A stretch of 64,000 nt of DNA. Origin: Candidatus Poribacteria bacterium. Lineage in GTDB: Bacteria > Poribacteria > WGA-4E > PCPOR2b. The position numbers and the translations under genes are program-made. Shown piece by piece: positions 7,924-17,255 of the stretch; position 1 is the first letter of the stretch, and each line of letters starts with the position of its first letter. The notes beneath the pieces were generated by a model that did no database searches, was not told where the DNA came from, and saw nothing but the letters and a program-made list of their open reading frames with translations. The stretch covers positions 800,001 through 864,000 of the forward strand of contig OZ240245.1 of NCBI GenBank assembly GCA_965198175.1, given 5' to 3'.

Positions 7924-9891
7924 ATGAAACATATAGGATTGATCGTCAGCTACTTTCGCTTTGCCTCTCGAATTGTGCTGGTGTTATTGATTCTGACACC
8001 TGCGCACGGGTGGGGCTTAGAAGATAAGATTGTTTTCGTTTCCAAGCGCAACGCTACCCCCCAAGTTTTCCTGGTTGAAGGCTTGAACGGCAGACCGATT
8101 CAGCTCACACGAAATATGTTTGCGAGTTGGCCCTCAATTTCTCCGGATGGGGCTGAGGTCGTCTTCGTCTCTCGCCCGCCGGGCGGACTATCAAATATCT
8201 TCAAACTGCACATCGCAACGCGAAAAATCGAGAGATTGACGGACGAAGCCGAATCGAATACAAAATACAACGACCTGGATTGGTCGCCTGATGGGCGGCA
8301 AATCCTGTTTCTCAAGCGTCTACGGATACCAAATCCTCTAAATCGTGAAAAAACTGTTCTGTGTGTGATGGACATGAAAACTCGCGATATACGGCATGTC
8401 CTTCAACCGCAGCGGCCAACTTCTATTTTCCATCCCAGTTGGTCGCCCGATAGTCAGCGCATCTTATACCTCCATCTCCGAAAATCCCAAAAAGATTCAG
8501 AACCGTACATCCTTACGCTGTTTATTACTGACGATAATGGGAATAACGTTGTTGAGGTTAGGCGAGACAACCTGGGATTTCGACCCGAATGGTTATCACC
8601 GGTTGCAGTACCCACCTGGTCACCGAGCCGGGTCCAAATCGCCTACCTCGACTTCATTGCGACCATTCAACACCCTCCGAATCCATTCCAAATCTACTCC
8701 ATGAATCTGGATGATGGGATGGTTACCGCTTTAACATTTGAGGGTGCCGAAAACAGATCGCCATTGGCTTGGCGTTCTGATGGTCGAAAGATTTTATCCC
8801 TCATTTCGTCTCCATTCTACCAAAAAGTTCAATCGGCGGACATCTATGTCATGGACCCCGATGGCGAAAACATGATAAATTTAACGCAGTCGCCGGAGAG
8901 AGAAGGGACGGCAACCTGGTCACCCGACGGGAAGCAGATTGTGTTTAGCCGGTGGTTGAACAATGGGGGATCGGCGATTTTCGTGATGGATGCGAACGGT
9001 CAAAATCAGCAGCGTCTGACGTTTGAGCCCGGTATTAACTATGCACCTCATTGGTCTCCAGACGGGGACAGAATCGCCTTCCAGTCAAATCGAGATGGCG
9101 CACTTAGAATTTACATCATGGACACAAATGGGCAAAATGTCCGACAGATTACGCATCGGCAGCGCACAATTGATGGCGGGCCGGCTTGGTCACCCGACGG
9201 CAAATGGCTGGCTTTCGGGTCTGGCGATAGAGGGAGTTGGGGGCTTTATCTCATTGATCCACAGGGTCGCAACGAAACACGGATTTTTCATTCCAACGTG
9301 AGTGAACTGGACTTTCATTCGACTAGCTATCCTGCCTGGTCGCCCGATAGTCAGCATCTGGTTTTTGTCGACCCCTGGAGGGAAGGCGCTGTCGGCTTAA
9401 TAAAGATTCGTGTTGACGGAGGATTGCCAACCTCGTTAAGCACGGACGAATTTACACCTGTATGGGGGCCCGCGTGGTCGCCGGATGGAAACAGTCTTCT
9501 TTTTGGAGCACGAAAGAATAGAGGACGAATCGTGATCGATGATGAAGCCGTAATGATCTTAATGAACCTCGATACGTCGGAAAGCCGTCATTTCATCTTG
9601 CCGGGCATTCACGAATTACTTTTGGAATCAGGTTTTAGTCTTCTCCGATTAGTTTGGGCGCCGGATGGGTCGCAACTCATGCTATCAGTCGGGCAAATAG
9701 GGGCAGACACTCCACAGGAAAAAAGGCTCTATTTGATTGATATCGCCAGCGAAACTGTGAGGCCATGGATGACCAATGCATATGCGGCGGATTGGGTCAG
9801 ACCGGGATTTGTGTATGCTGTCAACCCCCGCGGAAAACGCATTGTTACATGGGGACAAATAAAAACACGGAGGGCCCTGAAACACAAGTAA
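7924..9891 (+). CDS. Secreted TolB-like/PD40 beta-propeller protein with C-terminal TWG motif
   Basis: Signal-peptide-like N-terminus from MKHIG; many WSPDG repeats; ends AVNPRGKRIVTWGQIKTRR. Confidence 0.88.
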   Translation: MKHIGLIVSYFRFASRIVLVLLILTPAHGWGLEDKIVFVSKRNATPQVFLVEGLNGRPIQLTRNMFASWPSISPDGAEVVFVSRPPGGLSNIFKLHIATRKIERLTDEAESNTKYNDLDWSPDGRQILFLKRLRIPNPLNREKTVLCVMDMKTRDIRHVLQPQRPTSIFHPSWSPDSQRILYLHLRKSQKDSEPYILTLFITDDNGNNVVEVRRDNLGFRPEWLSPVAVPTWSPSRVQIAYLDFIATIQHPPNPFQIYSMNLDDGMVTALTFEGAENRSPLAWRSDGRKILSLISSPFYQKVQSADIYVMDPDGENMINLTQSPEREGTATWSPDGKQIVFSRWLNNGGSAIFVMDANGQNQQRLTFEPGINYAPHWSPDGDRIAFQSNRDGALRIYIMDTNGQNVRQITHRQRTIDGGPAWSPDGKWLAFGSGDRGSWGLYLIDPQGRNETRIFHSNVSELDFHSTSYPAWSPDSQHLVFVDPWREGAVGLIKIRVDGGLPTSLSTDEFTPVWGPAWSPDGNSLLFGARKNRGRIVIDDEAVMILMNLDTSESRHFILPGIHELLLESGFSLLRLVWAPDGSQLMLSVGQIGADTPQEKRLYLIDIASETVRPWMTNAYAADWVRPGFVYAVNPRGKRIVTWGQIKTRRALKHK

Positions 9892-10166
9892 TCCCCTGAA
9901 GTCAGAGAATTACATCAAGTGAAACAAATCAAACTAGCGATGACAGCTTCACATGCCACAAAGATTATAAGAGTATTCACTTGAAGATAGATAAGGCTAT
10001 TTGTTGATACCGAAATTCCTTAAAGTGGCCCCCATAGTCTAGACCGAATCAGCTCACAAATTGTGAGGAAGGTCAGAACGTTGTTGAGTATTTATTTGAT
10101 TTTCATGAAGCAGATTTCAATATCTCGATTCCGCACGATTTTTTTTCACGTTCAGGAAAACGAAAT

Positions 10167-11228
10167 TTGATGGCTAGGAATAAGATACGCATGAATAAGA
10201 GTGAACCGCTCACAGGCAGAATTCTTGTCGTTGATGGGGAAACCTCAGTCGCTGAAGTATTATCGATATTTTTGGAAGAAGCGGGTCATGATGTCACAAG
10301 CTCGACCACCGGCGCAGAAGCGATTCAGCTCATCAAAGAAGATGTGTATGACGTTGTTTTGACAGATCTGGTCCTACCGGATATCAGTGAAGGCGAGAGG
10401 TTGAGCGGCGGGTTGAAGCTTCTAGAGTTTGCGAAGCAGGTTGATTCCTCTGTTGAAGTCATTATCATTACGAGTCACGGCACGCTCAATACGATTAAGC
10501 GTGCAATGCGATTAGGCGCCTACGATTTTATTGTGAAACCTCCGAATTGGGAGGAGGTTATTCAAAACGTTGAAAGCGCACTCGTTAAGCGCCGATTGAC
10601 GGTTGAACGGGAGAAATTGGCTCGTGAAGTTAAACAGTCCCGTGAAAGCGACATGACGAGACTTCTACAACTTTATGATAATCTTGCCAGCGAAATGAAG
10701 CAAGCTAGGGCGGATAATCAAGAATTGTTCGATCTGGCGACGCGCGATGGCGTAACAAACCTATACAACCATCGCTATTTTAAGTCACAACTTCAAAACC
10801 TGATGCACGAGCGACCCCTGAAGCAGTCGATGTCATTAGTTATGATTGATACAGATAATTTCAAACTCTATAATGATCGGTACGGACATCTGAAAGGGGA
10901 CAAGGTTCTTCGAGAAATTGCTAGTGTGCTCACTCGCAACATTCGCGACACTGACATCGCCGCACGATACGGCGGTGACGAATTCATTGTCCTTCTACTT
11001 GAAACAGACAAAAACCAGGCAATCCAGTTTGCGGAACGATGTGTGCTTTTGGTTAGCGAACATTCGTTTAATGAAGGGCATCCGGAATATAAATTGACGA
11101 TTAGCGCTGGGGTTGCCACCTGTCCGGAAGATGCAACCAATCCAGACGAACTTATTGATAAAGCAGATAAGCGATGCTATGCAGCAAAGCAAGCCGGACG
11201 CAACAAGGTCCGGGCAGTTGAATCGTGA
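10167..11228 (+). CDS. Response regulator / diguanylate cyclase (REC-GGDEF)
   Basis: REC: ILVVD, VLTD, GAYDFIVKP. Then coiled coil, DTDNFKLYND.YGH, RDTD I-site and GGDEF. Confidence 0.93.
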   Translation: MMARNKIRMNKSEPLTGRILVVDGETSVAEVLSIFLEEAGHDVTSSTTGAEAIQLIKEDVYDVVLTDLVLPDISEGERLSGGLKLLEFAKQVDSSVEVIIITSHGTLNTIKRAMRLGAYDFIVKPPNWEEVIQNVESALVKRRLTVEREKLAREVKQSRESDMTRLLQLYDNLASEMKQARADNQELFDLATRDGVTNLYNHRYFKSQLQNLMHERPLKQSMSLVMIDTDNFKLYNDRYGHLKGDKVLREIASVLTRNIRDTDIAARYGGDEFIVLLLETDKNQAIQFAERCVLLVSEHSFNEGHPEYKLTISAGVATCPEDATNPDELIDKADKRCYAAKQAGRNKVRAVES

Positions 11229-11235
11229 AATTCGC

Positions 11236-11265
11236 TTGACAAGTCCAATGTCCGTAATGTACACT
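11236..11265 (+). promoter_or_regulatory. sigma70-like promoter for tRNA-Leu
   Basis: TTGACA, 18 bp, TACACT. Confidence 0.55.
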
Positions 11266-11310
11266 CTATACGTTAATTTGTGCTGCAACGCTTTTCTCTC
11301 TCTTCTTTCT

Positions 11311-11397
11311 GCCGGGATGTTGGAATTTGGTAGACAAGCTAGATTCAGGATCTAGTGGGCGCTTTTGCCCGTAGGGGTTCGAGTCCCCTTCCCGGCA
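11311..11397 (+). tRNA. tRNA-Leu (anticodon CAG)
   Basis: Acceptor stem GCCGGGA/TCCCGGC plus A; D loop TGGTAGAC; anticodon arm CTAGA-TTCAGGA-TCTAG; long variable arm GGGC...GCCC; T arm AGGGG-TTCGAGT-CCCCT. CCA not encoded. Confidence 0.97.
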
Positions 11398-11448
11398 TTC
11401 ATTTTAATAGCAACTCCATAGAGTGTCGTTACTTCCCCCCGATTGCTC

Positions 11449-12684
11449 TCATTTATCCCGGCGCAAGGTTTCTGGGACGAGCCAAAGGAAGATTGCAACT
11501 CCCGTATATCCAATTCCTGCCAAAACGAAAGCTGAGGTTGCCAGTCCCCACACCTCCGCGATGTTTCCCACAACCAAGGGACCTGTGACGGCGCCGGCAT
11601 CCCCAATCAGCCGCCATACTCCGAGGAATTCGCCTGTTCCTTTACTGGGAGCCAGATCGGCGCCAAGCGTCATCATGGTTCCAGATCCAAGTCCATTCCC
11701 AAACCCCATAACAATGGTTGCAACGAGCAGTGATGCGAAACTCCCTGTGAACGGTACTATCGCCATCCCCAGTCCAAAAATTAAGAAGCAGGGAACAACA
11801 GCGTATCTTCTGCCGAACCGATCCATTATGAATCCAGCCAGCGGAAACATCGACATGTCAACAAATGCGGAAATGCTGAGAATTAGCCCTACTGCTTGAA
11901 CATCTAGCCCAATGATTTCGCTGCCATAGAGTGGAATAATAATCCCCCTACCTGCCCGAAGCGCTTGTGCGCAGACGTGCGCAGCACCCGCTGTAGCCAA
12001 TGCACGATAATGCGACTTCAACACATCGACAAATCGTTTCCAATATACCGTATGATGAATTGTTGCGGAATGCAGTTTCCTTCTGACAATGAAGAACAGA
12101 GAAAGAAGGAAATTGATCGCCATAATTGTCGAATACAGAAAAAAGGGAGACCGCAGTCCGTAATGTATGCCCAAATAACCCCCGACAGCGGGACCCAAAA
12201 AAGTTCCGGTTCGGTTGATACCGCCAAACAGCGCAAGTGATCTGCCGCGCGCCGTAAGTGGGATGGCATCTGTCATGTATGTATATCGAGCAACCGTCCA
12301 TAGCGCTCCTCCAATGCCTCCAATCAGTTGGTAGACAATCAATTCGAAGAAGGAGTGAGCAAGTCCGATGCCGAGCATGGATAGCCCCAACACGACAGCC
12401 CCAATTAACATGGACAACTTGCGTCCAATCCGATCTAGCAAGATACCGGCAGGCACGTCGGCTATTAATATACCGACTTCATGTATGGCGACAGCTAGAC
12501 CGATTAGGCTGAGGGAGACGTTGAACGATTTCGCGTATAGTGGAAGTGTTGGGATGAGGGCTCCTTGCCCAAAGGAAAGTAGAAAGGTTGGAAGATAAAT
12601 CGGCAGGCATAGCGATCTCCACGTAAACGGAGTCTTCTGTTGGTTTTGCATTATATCGGTTTTTATGTTAGTCGCATCTCTCAC
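11449..12684 (-). CDS. MFS transporter
   Basis: About 12 hydrophobic segments; motif A GILLDRIGRK and GFIMDRFGRR. Confidence 0.93.
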   Translation of the reverse strand: MRDATNIKTDIMQNQQKTPFTWRSLCLPIYLPTFLLSFGQGALIPTLPLYAKSFNVSLSLIGLAVAIHEVGILIADVPAGILLDRIGRKLSMLIGAVVLGLSMLGIGLAHSFFELIVYQLIGGIGGALWTVARYTYMTDAIPLTARGRSLALFGGINRTGTFLGPAVGGYLGIHYGLRSPFFLYSTIMAINFLLSLFFIVRRKLHSATIHHTVYWKRFVDVLKSHYRALATAGAAHVCAQALRAGRGIIIPLYGSEIIGLDVQAVGLILSISAFVDMSMFPLAGFIMDRFGRRYAVVPCFLIFGLGMAIVPFTGSFASLLVATIVMGFGNGLGSGTMMTLGADLAPSKGTGEFLGVWRLIGDAGAVTGPLVVGNIAEVWGLATSAFVLAGIGYTGVAIFLWLVPETLRRDK

Positions 12685-13450
12685 GAAAGATTCTCTCGGC
12701 TATTGCCTCATTGTCGTGGAGATATTCCGCGATTTTCACTAAGGGCGCTGTCCAGATGCGATCACGAGCAGCATCAAGATGGGCTAACACCTCCTCAAAA
12801 TCTGACCGTGCGACTAGCAGGTGACCCTCACCAACCCCGTGAAAGGTGAGGATGCTCCATCCGCCTTGATGTGCAGTCTGCTCAACCAGTCCAATCAGTT
12901 CCGTAGCACTGCGCTGTTCACACTTGAATGAGTTCAAGCAGTGCACGTCTGCATGATAGGGTGAATTGATTGAATTGGACATCTCGCCCCCTGCCCGTGC
13001 GGCGAAGAATACCTTCGCCACAATTGGGACATAGCTTCTTCGATTAAGCCCTTTCCCAACGAATGTATTATAGCAAGGGTAACAGAAAGTCCATCGCGTC
13101 ACTTCTGGATAAACGGCTTTGAATCGTTTGTCTGCTTCAACCAATTCAACTTCAATTTCTTCGAGTGTCCGATACTCGAGTCCCCGGTGTTTAGGCGCCA
13201 TTACACCTGCACTACTACACCAATGATGTATCGAATGGTTGCCAATCTCGTGCCCGGCTTCAAAAGCGGGGCGAAAACGTGCTAACGCTTTCTGCCCATC
13301 ATCCTCGCCACTTGCCGTGATGTAAAATGTTCCCCGTAACCCGTATTTTTCCAGCAACGGTACTGCTGTGTCGATATGCGAACGCATTCCATCATCAAAC
13401 GTCAAGCTAATGGCAGCCTGCTTGTCACCGTTCCACAAGAATTCCTGCAT
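12668..13450 (-). CDS. Polysaccharide deacetylase (CE4/NodB fold)
   Basis: SLTFDDG, GHEIGNHS, YPC, ILTFHGV. Confidence 0.88.
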   Translation of the reverse strand: MQEFLWNGDKQAAISLTFDDGMRSHIDTAVPLLEKYGLRGTFYITASGEDDGQKALARFRPAFEAGHEIGNHSIHHWCSSAGVMAPKHRGLEYRTLEEIEVELVEADKRFKAVYPEVTRWTFCYPCYNTFVGKGLNRRSYVPIVAKVFFAARAGGEMSNSINSPYHADVHCLNSFKCEQRSATELIGLVEQTAHQGGWSILTFHGVGEGHLLVARSDFEEVLAHLDAARDRIWTAPLVKIAEYLHDNEAIAERIFRERCD

Positions 13451-13524
13451 TTCTCCACCTCATTATATCTACATACGCTGAATCAATTAACAACATCGTT
13501 ATCGCCTCGCTTATCAAGCATCTA

Positions 13525-14709
13525 CTAACTCGCTTTCTTGTTGTGCCACAGGTGCTTCTTGGCTTCTTCTTCGTTGAGATCCGTCCCCCAGCCCGGTCCT
13601 GTGGGGATGCTCATGTTCCCTGCGACAATCTCCGGCGGATGGGTTACCAGGTCGTTCTTCCAGGGAACATCGTCAATGTCGATCTCCATAATCCGCACAT
13701 TGGGAAGAACCGCGCACAAGCTAGCACTGATGAAGGAAGCAAGATGGCTATAATAGTTATGAGGCGCAATGTTGAGTTGGAAGACTTCGGCGAGGTCGCC
13801 TACTTTCTTGGACTGGGAAAAACCGTTCCAGGGAACGTCCACCATAAATACATCGGCGGCATGTCGTTCAAAGTAAGGCATATAGTCGCGCATATAATAC
13901 AGGTTTTCGCCGGTGCATATCTTGGTGGAAGTGGACTGCTTAATTTGGAGGATGGCATCTGGATCGTACATGTCAATTTCCAGCCACAGCAGATCGAACT
14001 GCTCCAGCATCTTAGCGACCCGCATACACGCTTCGGGCTTAAAATTGAAGTTGAGATCGAGGTTAATGTCTACGTCGGAACCAACAGCATTCCTGAATGT
14101 CCCAATTAGAGTCTCAATGTGCTGTAGAAGCTGTTTGGTAATGACCTGGTCCGTCGTACCGGGGCCGCCACCAAAGCCGGGGAAAAATACTTCGGCAGGC
14201 ACACCGGGCATGACAATGTTAGTTTTGAGGGCGGTAAATCCCCTGCTGACTACCTCATGGCCTAACTCCGAAATGTCGTCCATACTCTTTAGTGGAGGAG
14301 TGCTAAGAAGTTCAGAATGGATTGCTCTAGTGGTGGCGCAATGTGACCAGTAGAGGCGCACTGCTTCACGGGTAGGACCGCCGAACAGTTCGACGACAGA
14401 GATGCCTAGAGCCTTAGCTTTTATGTCTATCAGCGCACATTCAATCCCCGCGATCGCCTTGGCTGCTATTCCGCCCGGACTCTGGCGTGTGCTTCGAATC
14501 ATGTCCCAGAACCGCATTTCGTAAGCTCTAGGGTCTTTGCCGATGAGGATGGGCCTGATGTCTTCGATTGTTCCTATGATGCCGTAAGGGCTCTTGCTGT
14601 CGCTACACTCCCCATATCCGGTTATGCCCTCGTTTGTCTGTACTTTGACGAATGTCCAGGGCCTCCAGCCGCCGTCCACAACAAAAGTGTCGATATCGGT
14701 AATTTGCAT
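13525..14709 (-). CDS. Mandelate racemase/muconate lactonizing family enzyme (acid-sugar dehydratase-like)
   Basis: GITGYGE, DIKAKALG, GE and APHN motifs, PGWG. ATG follows GGAGG. Confidence 0.85.
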   Translation of the reverse strand: MQITDIDTFVVDGGWRPWTFVKVQTNEGITGYGECSDSKSPYGIIGTIEDIRPILIGKDPRAYEMRFWDMIRSTRQSPGGIAAKAIAGIECALIDIKAKALGISVVELFGGPTREAVRLYWSHCATTRAIHSELLSTPPLKSMDDISELGHEVVSRGFTALKTNIVMPGVPAEVFFPGFGGGPGTTDQVITKQLLQHIETLIGTFRNAVGSDVDINLDLNFNFKPEACMRVAKMLEQFDLLWLEIDMYDPDAILQIKQSTSTKICTGENLYYMRDYMPYFERHAADVFMVDVPWNGFSQSKKVGDLAEVFQLNIAPHNYYSHLASFISASLCAVLPNVRIMEIDIDDVPWKNDLVTHPPEIVAGNMSIPTGPGWGTDLNEEEAKKHLWHNKKAS

Positions 14710-14821
14710 GTCACCCTCCAACTATCAGCAATAAAAAGAGTGATAGAACAGGATTCTAAACTTGGAGATTGATTATCGAATTTACGTCCCAAGGATGACG
14801 GTAAGACAAAATTGGGATGGT

Positions 14822-16267
14822 TTACTTTCTGGAGATGTTTCGTAACGTATGAATTGATAAGTCGCCTGCGATGGTCAATTGCCGCCGAGAAGTAAAGGTC
14901 CGTGGGCGTGTATAGCCTTCGCCGGTTGGCCCTGCGATGGTCATTGCTAGAAATCCTTCACCGTCAATTGCGGCACAAGCGTAAGAGGGAGCGTTCACAA
15001 CGACGACGTTTGCGTTTATTGTCCTCGTGAACTGCGTGACTCGTGCCATGTTGTTGGTGTGGAGCACGATAGTGTGCTTCCGCCCGCCATCTGCGGCGAC
15101 TGCCCCTTCAACCGCTTCGTCGAAATCGCTGACACGCACAACAGGGAGAATCGGCATAAGGTATTCGTTAATGACAAAGTGGTGATTTGCGGGGACTTCT
15201 ACAATGATGACAACGGTGTTCGCGGGAGCGTTGATGCCTGCGGCGTCAAGAATCAGCGTTGCATCTTTGCCGACATACTCCCGGTTCACCTCTCCGCCTT
15301 TGTCAACAACGTTTTGTAATTTCTTGAGTTCGCCCGTGCGGATGAGGTAGCCTCCATTCTGAGTAAGTTCGCTAATGGCTTCATCAGAAACGGATTCAAC
15401 GACAAAGAGCGCTTTTTCACCGACGCAGAGCAGGTTGTTGTCGAAACTCGCGCCGAGGATGACATCGTTAGCGGCTTTTTTGACATCCGCTGTTTCGTCA
15501 ATAATTGCCGGCGGATTACCCGGACCTGCCGCGATGGCTTTCTTACCGCTGGACAACGCAGCTCTGACAACGCTCCCGCCACCTGTGGCAACGAGCATTG
15601 ATACATCCGGGTGACTCATAATCTCTTTTGCCGTACGTAAGCTCGCCTTTGCAACGGTTGTTAGAAGATTGGACGGTCCCCCCGCTTTAACGATTGCCCC
15701 ATTGATTACGCGCATTGTCTCTTCCGTACATTCCTGTGCGTTCGGGTGTGGGCTGAAGACAACCGAGTTTCCCGCTGCAAGCATAATGATTGCGTGATTA
15801 ATCACCGTCGATGTTGGGTTGGTTGTCGGTGTAATCGAATTGATGACACCGAAGGGCGCATATTCGACGAGCAACAACCCCGAATCTCCCGTTGTCGTTT
15901 CTGATTGCAAATCTTCCACGCCGGGCGAAAGCTTTGCAGCCGCTTCATTCTTCATGGTCTTGTGCTCGACGGTTCCCATATCTGTGTCTTTGACCGCTAG
16001 CTCTGCTAACCGCCTCGCATGTTCGAGAGAAGCCTTCCTGATTGCTTCGATGATTTCTACTCGCTTGGTAAACCCGAGTGCCACAAATTCGGACTGCGCC
16101 GCTTTTGCCGCTTCAACTGCCCGATCAACGGTAGGATGAACCACCGAGTCGGACGTGCCTGAAAGCGCGGGTGCAGGAGCTTGTGATAAAATCTGACCGT
16201 CATCTCGAAGATTCCTGACAACTTGTGCGACGATTTCTTCAACCTGTTTCTGATCGATTTCCGCCAT
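14822..16267 (-). CDS. CoA-acylating aldehyde dehydrogenase, EutE/PduP type, with BMC encapsulation peptide
   Basis: TPTTNPT, ATGG, AGPGNPP, SFDNNLLC, EYLMP, PTGEG. N-terminal IDQKQVEEIVAQVVRNL. Confidence 0.92.
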   Translation of the reverse strand: MAEIDQKQVEEIVAQVVRNLRDDGQILSQAPAPALSGTSDSVVHPTVDRAVEAAKAAQSEFVALGFTKRVEIIEAIRKASLEHARRLAELAVKDTDMGTVEHKTMKNEAAAKLSPGVEDLQSETTTGDSGLLLVEYAPFGVINSITPTTNPTSTVINHAIIMLAAGNSVVFSPHPNAQECTEETMRVINGAIVKAGGPSNLLTTVAKASLRTAKEIMSHPDVSMLVATGGGSVVRAALSSGKKAIAAGPGNPPAIIDETADVKKAANDVILGASFDNNLLCVGEKALFVVESVSDEAISELTQNGGYLIRTGELKKLQNVVDKGGEVNREYVGKDATLILDAAGINAPANTVVIIVEVPANHHFVINEYLMPILPVVRVSDFDEAVEGAVAADGGRKHTIVLHTNNMARVTQFTRTINANVVVVNAPSYACAAIDGEGFLAMTIAGPTGEGYTRPRTFTSRRQLTIAGDLSIHTLRNISRK

Positions 16268-16478
16268 ATATACCTCCAAATTAGGTATTTGGAACTGCCC
16301 GCCTATGCTGCATCAAGGAGACAAAGATTGGACATGAGAAGGTCGCTGAACTATGAATCGACTTAAAGGCACAAATTTCTGCTAACGAACCGATGCCAAG
16401 GTGATGTTGAATTTTCAAGAAGGGCGGTGTCTGTGCTTTGGAATAATGGGAAAAGTGAATGCTAATTCAATACCAAGT

Positions 16479-17192
16479 TTAAGGACACAACGTAACTATC
16501 TGACCGTCGGTCTGAACAGGCACAACATCAACGAGATTCAGCCGCGCACAAAATTCGAGATCGTCTGCCAATCCAATCTCAGCAAGTTTTCGACCATGAT
16601 AGCAATCTTCCAGCATGCCGAGTAGATTATGGCGATACGTTCGATAGAGGATGTTCGCTGCTTCAGCAGCATCGGTCAGATGCACCGCGCTCAACGATGC
16701 TACACACGCACCAGCGAAGACGGTGTCTTCCATGCAGAAACGGCCCTCTCGCCCAGCGCACACAAAGGCAACCTCACCTTCGACTTGCATTAGAAAGTTG
16801 ATGATAGCTTGAAGATTGAGGAAGCATCCAACAAGTACTTGTTTAGCAGAGCGACACGCCCATAAGGTGCGTGTCCCATTTGTTGTTGTCAAAACGATTC
16901 GTTTGCCTGAAACAGCCGTTTTGGTGTACTCACACGGCGAATTCCCAAGATTGAAACCATTAACCTTTTTCCCGTGGCGCTCTCCACAAATTATCGTATT
17001 CGGTTGATTCGCGGCAAGCTCAAATGCGTCATCGGGCGTTAAAACGGGGGATATGCTGAGTGCGCCATTTGCCATCGCAAACGTGATAGTGGTTGTAGCA
17101 CGCAAAATATCCGCAACGACGACAGTTTTGTCGGTGGGCGGGGAAAAAGGTAGAAGATCGGGTGTGAAAATAACATCAATGGAAGCGGGCAT
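16479..17192 (-). CDS. comB: 2-phosphosulfolactate phosphatase family (ComB)
   Basis: DILRATTT, GER, FNLGNSP, TTTNGT, EDTVFAG. Confidence 0.9.
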   Translation of the reverse strand: MPASIDVIFTPDLLPFSPPTDKTVVVADILRATTTITFAMANGALSISPVLTPDDAFELAANQPNTIICGERHGKKVNGFNLGNSPCEYTKTAVSGKRIVLTTTNGTRTLWACRSAKQVLVGCFLNLQAIINFLMQVEGEVAFVCAGREGRFCMEDTVFAGACVASLSAVHLTDAAEAANILYRTYRHNLLGMLEDCYHGRKLAEIGLADDLEFCARLNLVDVVPVQTDGQIVTLCP

Positions 17193-17255
17193 TCTCGGAT
17201 CGCGAATTGGACAGTGAAAACTATACCTTTCTCTACACGCAATACGTTACACTCA

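Noticed and set aside
10027..10045. GCCCCCATAGTCTAGA resembles the 5' end of a tRNA-Glu
   Set aside because: No anticodon arm, T loop or acceptor partner follows.
11311..11450. tRNA-Leu as an island integration site
   Set aside because: No integrase in the window, and no duplicated tRNA 3' end seen.
16479..17192. Coenzyme M pathway from comB plus the Ldh_2 (ComC-like) gene
   Set aside because: The genes are 27 kb apart, comA/D/E are absent, and both families are widespread.
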